Positions 1 through 9,565 of a DNA stretch of 64,000 bases are shown piece by piece. The position numbers were made by a program, and so were the translations under genes. The notes below the pieces were generated by a model. The model ran no database searches. It was not told where the DNA came from and worked only from the letters and a program-made list of their open reading frames with translations. Each line of letters opens with the position of its first letter. The first letter of the stretch is position 1. The stretch lies in the IMG/VR virus record IMGVR_UViG_3300020455_000616; one strand, written 5' to 3'. This stretch comes from a virus.

Positions 1-151
1 AAATTCTATTAAAAGATCTTGACATCTGACGATATCCAGATCCAACATATATTTGTCCAGCAAAAACGGATACAGTGGCTACACCCCAAAAGATGTAATA
101 AAATTTAGACTTCACTTGGTTTCTCGCTTTAGTTATTTTTTGATTAGTCAT
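1..151 (-). CDS. hypothetical membrane protein, runs off window edge
   Basis: Manual translation from ATG at 151: MTNQKITKARNQVKSKFYYIFWGVATVSVFAGQIYVGSGYRQMSRSFNRI, open to position 1; overlaps the end of the upstream ORF; one hydrophobic segment. Confidence 0.55.
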   Translation of the reverse strand, partial: MTNQKITKARNQVKSKFYYIFWGVATVSVFAGQIYVGSGYRQMSRSFNRI

Positions 152-644
152 GTGCAGTAATTTGCATAGTATATCTGTTGGTTGATCCAACGTTAGCCGC
201 AATATGCGGAGTGTCACCTCGCCACATTATATATTCTCCCTTAGTCCAGTTTACTACAGGTTTTGTGTCAACCTCAAAGTAATGTCCTGATTCCCAATCA
301 TTTAGGAATATTAATATTCTACAGATATTTTCTAGTTTGTCAAGATTATGTAATGACTTATACCGAGGATAAGTATCCCTATGCTCTGGCATAATAGTTC
401 CTGGTGGCATACAATAAACAGATGAACAAGCATCTTGTAAATTATATTTACTAACAAGATGATCCTTAACATCCAGACACCACTCAGGTATTCCCCGATA
501 TTCCTCTAATAATAATCCTGTATAGTTAACATAAAGATGTCCTATAGACTTCCATTTTTGTACAGTCTTATCACATGGGAATTGTCTTCTATCTGGGTAA
601 TCAATCTCGGCAGGATCACCCATTAAATCTAGAGGTATATTCAA
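144..644 (-). CDS. 2OG-Fe(II)/cupin oxygenase (Asp/Asn beta-hydroxylase-like)
   Basis: HxD (MPEHRD), distal His (DTPHIAAN) and C-terminal R-x-T (NRYTMQIT) in a jelly-roll pattern. Confidence 0.7.
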   Translation of the reverse strand: MNIPLDLMGDPAEIDYPDRRQFPCDKTVQKWKSIGHLYVNYTGLLLEEYRGIPEWCLDVKDHLVSKYNLQDACSSVYCMPPGTIMPEHRDTYPRYKSLHNLDKLENICRILIFLNDWESGHYFEVDTKPVVNWTKGEYIMWRGDTPHIAANVGSTNRYTMQITAHD

Positions 645-2017
645 AATGTAAACCCTCCAAATTTATCTTTAAATTTAGTTTCAGGAGTATCCTCTTTATC
701 ATGACCATTATCATTTACACCTTCTTGTGCATTCTGTTCAACATCATATAATCTCATCTTGGCACGATCTATACCTACAATAAATCTCTTGAACATTGTA
801 GGATCGTTGTAGCGATTTTTTAACTGCTTCACCATGATCTGATTCATACCTTCCAACTCTTCTGTAGAAATAAGGGCAAACATAAAGTCAGCAGTAGCAG
901 GGAGTCCAAAAGACTCAGAGGTGTCAGTAAGGTCAACATCAGAACTACCAAACCCGCTACGAGTAGTTTGAGTGGCAGATATAATCGGAACGTTCGCCTC
1001 AACTGCGAGACCCCTAAGTTCCTCTGCGATTGCTTTGATATAGGAGTATGAGTTGACTGTTGAGTTTCCACGGTATCTTGATGACGCACAAATATTTAAG
1101 TAGTCTATGAATATTATATCAGGTTTAAATGACTTCTTCAATGCAAGTTCATTAAGCAATGCTTTAAAATGTCCTGAGTGTGCAGATGCAGTAGGATACT
1201 CTTTAATAATAAGTTGTCCCTGTGTCTTACCCATAAGATTATCAATCTTCCCTTGGAACATTAGTTTAGGGAGATCTGTTATATCTTGTATGTTGACATT
1301 AAGTAAATTAGCATCAATCCTCTCCGCAATCTTTTCCTCTGCCATTTCCATTGTAATGTAGAGAACATTTTTGCCTTGGAACAACACTGAGCTTGCCACA
1401 TGACACATGAATAAAGACTTTCCAACACCTGTGCCAGCAAGAGCAATGTTGAGAGTCTTATTCGGTACTCCACCTTTTGTAATCTTGTTAAAGTATTCAA
1501 GATCAAATGGAATTTTTTCTTCCTTCTTATGATAATACTCATATCGTTCATCAACATTACCAAAGTAATCGTGCCCTATATTATTATCGAAAGAAACAGC
1601 CAGAGCGTCAGACAAAATACTAGGAATAGCATCCCTTCCTTTCTTGTCATCTTGTCCATCTGCTATCCCTATTGATTCCATTAGTGCTAAGTATATAGCA
1701 CGTTCCCTACACCATTTCTCAGTGGAATCTAATAACCACTGTTCATCTTGAGGACTCTTTTCAAGATTACCAACTAAGATCTGAACATCTTTAAGAAGTT
1801 GTTCTGTAAGATCTTTACGATTTGATACCTCAATTAAAAGTGCTTCAACTGTTATCTGAGTATCATACTTAGATATGAATTGAACTACTTCTTCAAAAAC
1901 TAATTTTTGTCCTTGCTCTTGAAAATAATCAGGTTCAATAAAAGGAATTACCTTCCTAGAATAATCCTCATTATGTAAAAGATTCTGTAGGATAGTTACT
2001 TCTATAGTATCCATCAC
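641..2017 (-). CDS. gp41: T4-like replicative DNA helicase
   Basis: Walker A LAGTGVGKS, IFIDYLNI, ATQTTRSG, KQLKNRYND motifs of gp41. Confidence 0.96.
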   Translation of the reverse strand: MMDTIEVTILQNLLHNEDYSRKVIPFIEPDYFQEQGQKLVFEEVVQFISKYDTQITVEALLIEVSNRKDLTEQLLKDVQILVGNLEKSPQDEQWLLDSTEKWCRERAIYLALMESIGIADGQDDKKGRDAIPSILSDALAVSFDNNIGHDYFGNVDERYEYYHKKEEKIPFDLEYFNKITKGGVPNKTLNIALAGTGVGKSLFMCHVASSVLFQGKNVLYITMEMAEEKIAERIDANLLNVNIQDITDLPKLMFQGKIDNLMGKTQGQLIIKEYPTASAHSGHFKALLNELALKKSFKPDIIFIDYLNICASSRYRGNSTVNSYSYIKAIAEELRGLAVEANVPIISATQTTRSGFGSSDVDLTDTSESFGLPATADFMFALISTEELEGMNQIMVKQLKNRYNDPTMFKRFIVGIDRAKMRLYDVEQNAQEGVNDNGHDKEDTPETKFKDKFGGFTF

Positions 2018-3018
2018 ATACCATAACTAAATTCTTCTTTTGCTATAACGTCTAATTTTTGTAATATATCTTCTGTAAAATACTCTTCAGGATCTTTGTA
2101 TATCGCTTTGGCATATACTTTCTTACCATTGATCTCGTATCTACCTGCTACATTTTTCCACAACCCTCCAATCTCACCAAGTTCAAGGAGACCATAGTAA
2201 CGATCTAGACCACGTTCATCGTAGTAAAGACGAATGGTTACTTCTTTGTTTTCTTTTGAGAGTCTTGATTTATGTGTCTTAGCTTTAATAAGGTTTCCAA
2301 CAACCTCGCTCTGATCCTTTTCCTTTTTTTTGCTGAGATAAATGATTGTAGACGAGGCATATTTGAGACCAGAGCCTCCTCCCATTTCTTTAGTTGGGAC
2401 ATAAGATCCGATAACATCGTAAGTGTGATTTGTGACTATAAGTGGTATTTTTGCTTGACCTAGTTTTAATGTTAGCATACGAAATGCTCCTTTGACAAGT
2501 TGAGATTTGGTCATGTCTCTAACCTGCTTATCATCTAATGCATCTCTGATTTCTTTTTCAGTAGATAACATACCCAGAGAGTCTAACACAAACATACATG
2601 GTTTGCGATCACTCTCATCCTTCTTTAAGTATATATCAACTGCTCTAAGTGCTTTACTTCTAAACTCTTCTATGGTTACTACATTCACCACTACGATTCT
2701 ATCTAAATCCACCCCACGGGACTCAAGTAATCCTTTATTAACAGCAGCTTCAGTATCGAAATAAAGACAGTAACCGTCAGGATTATTGTCCAAAAAGTTC
2801 TTGACAACTGCGAGGGAGAAGAAAGTTTTTCCAGTAGAGGACTCACCAGCAATAGCGGTAATACGACTACGAGACGCACCACCAAACACACTACCTGATA
2901 ACAAGCTATTAAAAATGAACGAACCCGTATCAATAAAAGATTCGGTGTCGTCGATGTCTTTTCCAAGTTGGGTGTACTCATCACCTATCTCCTTGACAAT
3001 CTCCTTCAAAAAATCCAT
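2014..3018 (-). CDS. uvsX: RecA-like recombinase UvsX
   Basis: Walker A AGESSTGKT, YFDTEAA, VLDSLGML, GGGSGLKY. Confidence 0.95.
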   Translation of the reverse strand: MDFLKEIVKEIGDEYTQLGKDIDDTESFIDTGSFIFNSLLSGSVFGGASRSRITAIAGESSTGKTFFSLAVVKNFLDNNPDGYCLYFDTEAAVNKGLLESRGVDLDRIVVVNVVTIEEFRSKALRAVDIYLKKDESDRKPCMFVLDSLGMLSTEKEIRDALDDKQVRDMTKSQLVKGAFRMLTLKLGQAKIPLIVTNHTYDVIGSYVPTKEMGGGSGLKYASSTIIYLSKKKEKDQSEVVGNLIKAKTHKSRLSKENKEVTIRLYYDERGLDRYYGLLELGEIGGLWKNVAGRYEINGKKVYAKAIYKDPEEYFTEDILQKLDVIAKEEFSYGM

Positions 3019-3020
3019 AA

Positions 3021-3323
3021 TTAATCTTCATGTTTGTGTTCGAGTTTACCAGACATCTTATATGCCTCTTTGTTTCCACCATGACCATGTGCAATGCCTA
3101 GTTCATGCATCTTAGAATGTTCATCTATCTGATCTCTTAGGTTCTTCTTACCTGATCCAAACGTAAGATAAAGACCATAAATCATTAAACCTAGAACAAC
3201 TAGACCAAAGAACAAAATGAATCCTTGATCAGGAGTAAGATTTAGATGATTAATTAATGGTTTTTTACAGTCTGTCCATGTGCCAGGTAAATGATACACT
3301 GGAGGGCATGATAGAAAAGTCAT
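3021..3323 (-). CDS. psbN: PsbN-like single-TM protein with His-rich tail
   Basis: TM helix followed by YGLYLTFGSGKKNLRDQIDEH, resembling the PsbN pattern Y.lYtaFG..sk.LRDPfeeH. Confidence 0.55.
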   Translation of the reverse strand: MTFLSCPPVYHLPGTWTDCKKPLINHLNLTPDQGFILFFGLVVLGLMIYGLYLTFGSGKKNLRDQIDEHSKMHELGIAHGHGGNKEAYKMSGKLEHKHED

Positions 3324-3345
3324 TGCAGTAAACTTAGTATAGGTA

Positions 3346-4005
3346 TTATAGCACGTCCCAAAGCATATTACCAGAAATGGTTACTCTCTCATCATCACAA
3401 TTATAATATGGATATACTTGATGACGTAGTGATGAAGGGAATACAAGCATAGTCCCTTGCATATCCTTATCTAGCCAGATTGGATACTCCCCAACTTCTC
3501 CTAAAATATTACTGTAAGCAAAAACAAAATCAGATGCTGCTGGACCTGCGGAATGGGAACTAAAAGGAAGTGCATGTTGATCTCTCCAATCAGTAGGAAT
3601 CTTCATAAAGATAACAAAAGAAAGTATACCACTATGACGATGACTAGGATTAAACTCAGTTTGATTTTGAAAATTAACCCACCAAGATAAACCGATATCT
3701 ATTAATTTTTCATTCATTAATGGGATTTGCCATCTTTTATCGGTACTCACTGCATTAGAATAAAATTCTTGTGTGAGTGGACCTATAACAGCATTTAAAA
3801 AATAGTTATCTCCCAAAGTTGAAGACTTATCTTCTAACGTTAAACTCTTTGAAATATTACCTGCTAAATGTTTATTACAATTTTGATCATCAATCTTTGC
3901 TTGTTCTATCCTTTCCCAGAGATAGTCCATAACCTCTGGTTTAAGTCTAGTTGAGTAAAGTTGAATATTTGGTAGATCAAACGCATTCCATTCAATACCT
4001 TCCAT
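3346..4005 (-). CDS. putative 2OG-Fe(II) oxygenase (cyanophage type)
   Basis: FNPSHRHSG, GTMLVFPSSLRHQVYP and ERVTISGN motifs. Confidence 0.7.
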   Translation of the reverse strand: MEGIEWNAFDLPNIQLYSTRLKPEVMDYLWERIEQAKIDDQNCNKHLAGNISKSLTLEDKSSTLGDNYFLNAVIGPLTQEFYSNAVSTDKRWQIPLMNEKLIDIGLSWWVNFQNQTEFNPSHRHSGILSFVIFMKIPTDWRDQHALPFSSHSAGPAASDFVFAYSNILGEVGEYPIWLDKDMQGTMLVFPSSLRHQVYPYYNCDDERVTISGNMLWDVL

Positions 4006-4175
4006 TAGAACACCATTCCATATTTCTCTCTAATAATTTTTTTGTAAGGACCACCAGGATTCTCATCTCTAGTCTCTTTTACAATCTTCAACTTTTGAAA
4101 GAGTGATGTATCACCACCTAAGTGCAATGCATTTATAATAGTAGATAACTCTTTATCGTCGATAGGTAAGTCCAT
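4005..4175 (-). CDS. small hypothetical protein (MDLPIDDKEL...)
   Basis: Start at 4175 overlaps the gp43 stop (TAATG), preferred over the longer track start at 4220. Confidence 0.6.
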   Translation of the reverse strand: MDLPIDDKELSTIINALHLGGDTSLFQKLKIVKETRDENPGGPYKKIIREKYGMVF

Positions 4176-6673
4176 TAGGTAAAAAACGCCTCCAGCGTTG
4201 CTGTTTTCTCTACACTCCAACCAATTGCATTAAGAATTGCTTTGAGAGGTTCTATAAAAGACTTCTCAAATTGTAAGTCATAGTCCACGTAATTATTCAA
4301 TTCAAGTTCCTTAGGAAAATCTTGAATGAATGACATTACATTCTCGTGAATTGGATTGGGTAATTTTAAATAACAAAATTTAACTTTTTCACCGTTACCG
4401 ATGAGTGAGTACTTTTTGTCTAACTTTTTCTTCTTAACATAATAGTTAAACAGTAAAGACCCCCGTATATGTATAGGAGTTCCTTTTGCATAGATGGAAT
4501 TTACTGCTCTATACTTCTCAACATTACTTGCAGATCTTGGAAACGAGATATCTTCTGGTGGAAGTTTTTTAAATTCTGTCCTAGACTTCTCAATAAAATC
4601 TATCACATCATCTTCTGTTCCATTCATTATAAGTTTAAGTGCATTCTTAATTAATGTCCTACAAGGTGCAGGTGTAGAAGACTTAACTGCTTCAATACCC
4701 ATCATCTTTAGTTTAGGTTCTTCATATCGAACACCCTCACTATCCCATACATTCAGGATGTATCTCTTCTTAGCAGTCCATATACCTCTCTCTGCGATAT
4801 TCTCTCGCTTCATCTGCATCTTCTGATCATATGCACTTACGTAGTCGGCCAATTCTTGGTAAGCACTCTCAATATAAGGCTCAAGTTTAGTTTCACACAC
4901 CTTGTCAAGGAACCCAACAACGACTTCATTAGTTTTCTCTCTGCCCTTGTATACAGTCTCAACCAAATCACCCATATTAAGATAAATGGAATCAGTATCT
5001 GAAGCAATAACATAATCTACATCCTCTGTTTTCAAAAGTTTATTCATATAGGCATTCATCTTATTCTCTATCCATCGAATAGAGACTTGCCCAGACAAAG
5101 TAATTGCCTCAGCATTTGCTAATTTAAAATACCTGAAGTACTGATTGCCGATAGCACCATAAGCAGAATTAAGAGAGATCTTTTTCGCCATTTGGATGTT
5201 GTTGCATCTTGCAATTTCCTTTTCCAATAATTCAGTGGGGGTCTTCTCATATGCTTGCTTTGCCTCCAACATTTTTTTCTTGAAGATAACTCTATCTCCG
5301 TACATCTTGTCCATAAGTTCAGGCAAGAACCCACGCACATCCTTCCTATATTGTGCTCCATTCGCACAAACTGCGTAATCTCCATCAAACTCACACTCTT
5401 TATTTAAGATCCTTTCAACGCTCGAATCGGGATGTCTAGTCTCCCTGAGGGTTTCTGGACTGATATTATATTGCATAATAAGATGAGGGTACAGACTGTT
5501 GAGGTCAAAACTAACCACCCAATCATACTTTCCTGGAATCGGTTCTTTAACATAAGCACCTGCGTATTTTGCGTCCTTATCAGTTTTAATTTTGGGAGGT
5601 ATAACAATACCTCTTTTCTTTAGGTAGTTATATATGATTGTATCCCACATACGAACCTGATAGAATACATCCTCATAATTCACCTTGGCTTCATATGCCA
5701 TAGTGAGAGCAAGTTCAATCAACTTCATCTTGCCTTCCATACGGTCAACAAGTTCAACGTCAATTATATTATACTCTACAAATTTTTTCCACCCTTGTGT
5801 GTAGAAGTCTTTAAATGTGTCGAATTCAGAGTGATCTAATTTCTTCTGACCGAGTTCTACACTTGCAATATAATCCAACCTATAAGACTCCTGTGCCTTA
5901 TAAGTAAACTTTTTATAGAGATCTAGATAATCTAACTGAGATACACCACCAATATCATAAGCAATCTGTTTTCTACCAGCAATGAAGACCTCATCTTCAG
6001 TTACTAATCCCCAAGGTGACAATCTCTTCTTAAGTTTTTCACCTAAAATACGATCTATTCTACGAACAATATATGGTATATCATACAGTTTACTATTCCA
6101 TCCAGTAATAACTTCTGGTGTATTCTCTTCTATCATCCACCAATTGATAAAATCATTTAGAAGATCATACTCATTATTAAATTGCTTGTAATATAGATTC
6201 TCTTGATGTGCCTTAAATGGACCATTGCCCCAAGTAATAATCTCTTTGGTAGCATAGTCTTGAATTGATATAAGAAGTATCTCTTCAGCAGCAGATTCTA
6301 CATCAGGGAATCCTTGCTCAGATTTAACCTCAATATCAATAGTTACTAACTTAATTTTATTAATATCAAACTTGAGTTCATCAGCAGGATACTTCTCAGA
6401 TATGTACTGGTAAATAAATCTTTCATTACCATACACATCAAAACCTGGTACAGGTTCGTACTTCTTTATAAACTCTCTAGTCTCACGAACAGTTCCAGGT
6501 TTAACAGGTGCTACCTGCGTACCATCAAGAGTCCTATAGTGGGTTTTCTTCTTAGGTGATTCAACAAAAAGAGTTGGGTAAAACTTCTCACGGGTTGCGA
6601 AGTGTTTACCATCTTCATAACCACGAACAAGGAAGTTATCCCCAACCATTTGAACGTTCGTATAGAACCTCAT
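4175..6673 (-). CDS. gp43: family B DNA polymerase
   Basis: Exo DIE, SFDLNSLYPH, KKISLNSAYG, SDTDS, KKRY motifs; uninterrupted. Confidence 0.98.
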   Translation of the reverse strand: MRFYTNVQMVGDNFLVRGYEDGKHFATREKFYPTLFVESPKKKTHYRTLDGTQVAPVKPGTVRETREFIKKYEPVPGFDVYGNERFIYQYISEKYPADELKFDINKIKLVTIDIEVKSEQGFPDVESAAEEILLISIQDYATKEIITWGNGPFKAHQENLYYKQFNNEYDLLNDFINWWMIEENTPEVITGWNSKLYDIPYIVRRIDRILGEKLKKRLSPWGLVTEDEVFIAGRKQIAYDIGGVSQLDYLDLYKKFTYKAQESYRLDYIASVELGQKKLDHSEFDTFKDFYTQGWKKFVEYNIIDVELVDRMEGKMKLIELALTMAYEAKVNYEDVFYQVRMWDTIIYNYLKKRGIVIPPKIKTDKDAKYAGAYVKEPIPGKYDWVVSFDLNSLYPHLIMQYNISPETLRETRHPDSSVERILNKECEFDGDYAVCANGAQYRKDVRGFLPELMDKMYGDRVIFKKKMLEAKQAYEKTPTELLEKEIARCNNIQMAKKISLNSAYGAIGNQYFRYFKLANAEAITLSGQVSIRWIENKMNAYMNKLLKTEDVDYVIASDTDSIYLNMGDLVETVYKGREKTNEVVVGFLDKVCETKLEPYIESAYQELADYVSAYDQKMQMKRENIAERGIWTAKKRYILNVWDSEGVRYEEPKLKMMGIEAVKSSTPAPCRTLIKNALKLIMNGTEDDVIDFIEKSRTEFKKLPPEDISFPRSASNVEKYRAVNSIYAKGTPIHIRGSLLFNYYVKKKKLDKKYSLIGNGEKVKFCYLKLPNPIHENVMSFIQDFPKELELNNYVDYDLQFEKSFIEPLKAILNAIGWSVEKTATLEAFFT

Positions 6674-6948
6674 TACGAGTTCAGACTTTCATATGTGTCT
6701 TTTATTTTACCAAGTGGTTCACATATAGTCAAGATCTTTTCAGAACTAATCATAAATTCTTTTTGATTTGTTAGTTCGCCCATCCAAGGTTGTAAGGTAG
6801 CGTTACCGTTTGCTTGAGGAACAATATTGTATGGGTTCTTGATTTTACAATCAGGTTCTCCTATGTCTGCTCCAACTTCTTCAATTTCAGCAACGATTGT
6901 ACCTCCAGTATGGAATACAATTAATTGTGGTTTAAGTTCATCTGCCAT
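6673..6948 (-). CDS. hypothetical protein (small beta-rich)
   Basis: Coupled to gp43 start by TAATG; resembles neighbour 6949..7293 (G..I.A.IEE ... PW pattern). Confidence 0.7.
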   Translation of the reverse strand: MADELKPQLIVFHTGGTIVAEIEEVGADIGEPDCKIKNPYNIVPQANGNATLQPWMGELTNQKEFMISSEKILTICEPLGKIKDTYESLNS

Positions 6949-7293
6949 TTAATTATCCTCTTCAGGGATTACGAGTGTTTTTTCTTGGGTGTCTTCTTTT
7001 TCCTTTAGAACATCATTCATATACATTGATGATAGTTCATCAACTGGATCTATAAATGTAACAATCCAATCTAAAGGTACTGGGAACCTAGTTCCTTTAC
7101 CTAAAGGAATCCAAGGTGCTAATTTAATATCAAAAGAAGCACCACCACTTTCTTTATTAACGATAGGTTCTGATGTATTGACAACACATGGTTTGATAAA
7201 GAAGTATCCAACAACCTTATCTTCCAGTATCATTTCTTCTACCTTGGTAATAATCTGTTCACCAGTTTTTATTACTGCTAGTTTATTTGCCAT
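6949..7293 (-). CDS. hypothetical protein (small beta-rich)
   Basis: ORF directly downstream of a consensus sigma70 promoter; similar pattern to 6673..6948 and 11091..11417. Confidence 0.7.
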   Translation of the reverse strand: MANKLAVIKTGEQIITKVEEMILEDKVVGYFFIKPCVVNTSEPIVNKESGGASFDIKLAPWIPLGKGTRFPVPLDWIVTFIDPVDELSSMYMNDVLKEKEDTQEKTLVIPEEDN

Positions 7294-7314
7294 AATGGTT
7301 TATCTTATATCGGT

Positions 7315-7343
7315 ATTATACTGCCAATAAAAAGGGGTGTCAA
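7315..7343 (-). promoter_or_regulatory. sigma70-type promoter TTGACA-17bp-TATAAT
   Basis: Exact consensus on minus strand: -35 at 7343-7338, -10 at 7320-7315; points into the gp43 operon. Confidence 0.85.
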
Positions 7344-7365
7344 CTGGATTTTGCCAGTACACCCC
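7326..7365 (-). terminator. intrinsic terminator after hsp20
   Basis: GGGGTGT-ACTGG-caaaat-CCAGT-tg-ACACCCC hairpin followed by TTTTTATT. Confidence 0.75.
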
Positions 7366-7389
7366 ATTGCGGCGAACGATATTCGTTTT

Positions 7390-7397
7390 TATTTATA
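7390..7397 (-). promoter_or_regulatory. T4-type late promoter TATAAATA
   Basis: Exact gp55 late consensus overlapping the hsp20 stop codon. Confidence 0.6.
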
Positions 7398-7821
7398 GAT
7401 AATCTTTCCGAGCATGATGATCAGGAATAACTTTTCCTAATTCTACAACCAGTAATCCGTCAGAGAATCCGACTCTTCTAATTTCGGTATCATCTGTGAT
7501 TGTCCAGACCCTAGAGAAAGACCGCTTGGCCAATCCTTTATGGACAAAGCTCTCATCTGTTTCTGATTCTTCTTTCTTGCCTTCCACATATAGTTTTCCA
7601 AACTCCGTGAAGACTTTAAGCTCATCTTTCTTAAACCCCGCAAGTGCGACTTCCAATCTTGATTCGACATTATTTACCTGTATTAAATTATATGGGGGAT
7701 AGTTTGATGTGGTCTCATTCATGAACCGATCAAAATAATCGTCCATCCCTATACTGTTCTTCAAAATTCTATCGAACAGTTGTGGCATATCTGCCGTATG
7801 AAAACGTGTTAGGTTAGTCAT
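7393..7821 (-). CDS. hsp20: small heat shock protein Hsp20
   Basis: NYPPYNL, LEVALAGFKKDEL, HKGLAKRSF, DGLL alpha-crystallin motifs; GGAG SD. Confidence 0.93.
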   Translation of the reverse strand: MTNLTRFHTADMPQLFDRILKNSIGMDDYFDRFMNETTSNYPPYNLIQVNNVESRLEVALAGFKKDELKVFTEFGKLYVEGKKEESETDESFVHKGLAKRSFSRVWTITDDTEIRRVGFSDGLLVVELGKVIPDHHARKDYL

Positions 7822-7927
7822 GGTTCTCCTTTAAAAGCGAGTGTGTTTTTTGTCCCCGAAGGCGACACTATTATTTAAACACAACCACTAAAAAGATACA
7901 ATCGGATAACCAGAATTTTTTATTCGG

Positions 7928-8479
7928 TTAAACGAATGGTGGACCCCAGACCCAAGTAATTAAAACTTTTCTACTACCTTTTTGTACGGTCTTTACCCTA
8001 TGATAAAGGTACGGTGGGAATATATGAACGAGACCACGTTCTTTAGGAACCTGTACATCTGGGAATAGTTCAAACTCTCCACCTTCATATTCTGAAGGAT
8101 CACTTAGTTGAACTACTACTGTAAATTTTCTAGCAGGGGTAGGGCAGTTAGTATAATCAATATGCCAATTATATTCTGAACCAACATCATAACAAGCATA
8201 CTGAATGATCTCATCAAGTTGATTTATATTAAACCTATAATACTCATTGTTTAATTGGTGAACAACTTTAACTAATTGAGAGAATAACCAATGACTATTA
8301 TCATTATAGTCAATATTAGTTGTCCAAGATTTTTTAACATCATCATTAAATTGTGTACCAGAATTCATATCAACCATATCTTCTATACTATCTAATTGTT
8401 CTTTAGTAAAAACATTAGATGCATAAACAAAGGGACATGTTGCTCCTTTTGGTGGATTTAATGGTGGTATAGGAATCAA
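7928..8479 (-). CDS. 2OG-Fe(II) oxygenase (PKHD/prolyl-hydroxylase-like)
   Basis: YNWHID, QLSDPSEYEGGEF, FPPYLYHRV, RKVLITW. Confidence 0.85.
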   Translation of the reverse strand: MIPIPPLNPPKGATCPFVYASNVFTKEQLDSIEDMVDMNSGTQFNDDVKKSWTTNIDYNDNSHWLFSQLVKVVHQLNNEYYRFNINQLDEIIQYACYDVGSEYNWHIDYTNCPTPARKFTVVVQLSDPSEYEGGEFELFPDVQVPKERGLVHIFPPYLYHRVKTVQKGSRKVLITWVWGPPFV

Positions 8480-8482
8480 AAT

Positions 8483-8719
8483 TTAATAATCAAATTCATC
8501 AAGTATATCTAGAGCATTATTCAATACACGTTGTGCTGCCCAACGTTCTTTATCATCCCATTCAGGATACCATACTTTATTATCAATCCCCTTTTTTATA
8601 CTAAGGAGTCTTGATTCCATGTCTACTTTTTTAAGTCTTCCGTTCATATATGTCCTGTATAAATTGTCTGGCCAAGAACAGGTTAATGGACAAGCTGATA
8701 CTGTCATGCTCGATACCAA
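8483..8719 (-). CDS. hypothetical protein
   Basis: In-operon ORF; true start probably downstream (MNGRLKK or MESRLL). Confidence 0.55.
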   Translation of the reverse strand: MVSSMTVSACPLTCSWPDNLYRTYMNGRLKKVDMESRLLSIKKGIDNKVWYPEWDDKERWAAQRVLNNALDILDEFDY

Positions 8720-8744
8720 TTATTATAACATATTTATTTTACAA

Positions 8745-9185
8745 TTACTCTTTAGTCTCTTCTTTTTTCTTGGAACCAATATTATATTTTTGTTCCAGGA
8801 TCCATTCACCCTTATCTTTATATGCTAATACCTTAATTTGATTTAACGGAGCAACATCTACTATAGACTCTGCGTTAACTACACTAATGAGACCCCAATC
8901 AGAAAGCAAGCGAGCGATACGATTCCGACGCTGAACGTCGTTAAGAGTAAGGTTAGCGTGTTTTCCATCTAATGCGAATAATTCTTTGAAGTGAGTAATA
9001 TAATATCTACCTTGCTTATGAAGAATATGGCAGGATTGATATAATTTTTTCTCCTTCCGAGATGCCACTCCGATTCTTGTTAAGGTCTCTCTAACCTTTA
9101 AAAAATCATCTGGTTCGTTAAGCATAACTTCCACCATCATTTCAGGTTTCCAGTTAACTTGTGGTTCAATAGTACTAGTAGTCAT
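8745..9185 (-). CDS. regA: translational repressor RegA
   Basis: DDFLKVRETLTRIGVAS, LYQSCHILHKQGRYYITHFKELFALDG. Confidence 0.95.
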   Translation of the reverse strand: MTTSTIEPQVNWKPEMMVEVMLNEPDDFLKVRETLTRIGVASRKEKKLYQSCHILHKQGRYYITHFKELFALDGKHANLTLNDVQRRNRIARLLSDWGLISVVNAESIVDVAPLNQIKVLAYKDKGEWILEQKYNIGSKKKEETKE

Positions 9186-9565
9186 GTCATTCCACCAATG
9201 TCAAGTCGTTGTTTAATAAAATCGAGTTGTTGTTTAGACAAAATATTCAACGCTTGCATTGCTTTTTCATTACTATATCCATAGTATTGTTTAACAAGGT
9301 CAAGGTTACTAATCTTATCTTTTCGCATCCACGGAGAGAATCTCTTCCGTTTCCTCAGACTATTTAGATAAAATTTATATTGCATGTCCTTATCTATGGA
9401 AGGATATTTGTTCATTTCATTAGCAAAGAGTATGCAATCTAGGTGTCCAGATAAACATTTGTTGATAATAAATGGTGGATAAGATTTAATAGCATCAGGA
9501 TCTTCAGTTAAATTTTCTTTAGTATGATTAATTGAATTTAACCAATCCTTCAATTCAATCTTCAT
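9182..9565 (-). CDS. gp62: clamp loader small subunit
   Basis: YPPFIINKCLS, QYKFYLNSLRKRKRFSPW; immediately upstream of regA as in T4. Confidence 0.9.
   Translation of the reverse strand: MKIELKDWLNSINHTKENLTEDPDAIKSYPPFIINKCLSGHLDCILFANEMNKYPSIDKDMQYKFYLNSLRKRKRFSPWMRKDKISNLDLVKQYYGYSNEKAMQALNILSKQQLDFIKQRLDIGGMT

Noticed and set aside
4175-6673. Intron, intein or homing endonuclease in gp43 (also checked gp17, gp20, gp41, uvsX)
   Set aside because: Reading frames are continuous with typical lengths; no LAGLIDADG, HNH, GIY-YIG or Hint motifs seen
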